Of a DNA stretch of 64,000 bases, positions 63,924-64,000 are shown one piece after another. Every line of letters starts with the position of its first letter. Positions within the stretch are counted from its first letter, which is position 1. This DNA comes from Tubiluchus corallicola (taxonomy: Eukaryota > Animalia > Priapulida). The position numbers and the translations under genes are program-made. The stretch lies in the NCBI GenBank assembly GCA_030141605.1, contig JAQGDQ010000090.1:606750-670749 (forward strand), read 5' to 3'. A model generated the notes under the pieces. That model had not been told where the DNA came from. It saw nothing but the letters and a program-made list of their open reading frames with translations, and made no database searches.

Positions 63924-64000
<77 letters not shown>
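63903..64000. repeat. (CA)n microsatellite, runs off the window
   Basis: Directly visible. Confidence 0.95.

Overview
AT-rich, intron-containing animal DNA, probably from a protostome invertebrate (inferred from protein styles), with many microsatellites and decayed transposons. Six protein-coding genes can be built by hand with GT-AG introns of matching phase. (1) A ZP-domain/cuticlin-like membrane protein with Tyr/Thr-rich N-terminal repeats (+, 2235-9846). (2) A FEM-1-like ankyrin protein that appears to splice to a C-terminal IAP-type RING instead of ending in a VHL/BC box (-, 14948-18470). (3) An UNC-93-like MFS protein (+, 21083-26042). (4) A four-exon NDUFA4/C15orf48 (B12D family) complex IV micro-subunit gene not resolved by the ORF track (+, 36516-42310). 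(5) A very basic protamine-like gene nested antisense in an intron of gene 4, with an RFX X-box upstream (-, 37081-37679). (6) An intronless COX4 (-, 54704-55243). There are also LINE/RTE, piggyBac and Tc1/mariner fossils, a three-arm intronic palindrome and a 3.9-kb segment bounded by inverted repeats. All assignments come from reading the sequence; no database searches were run.
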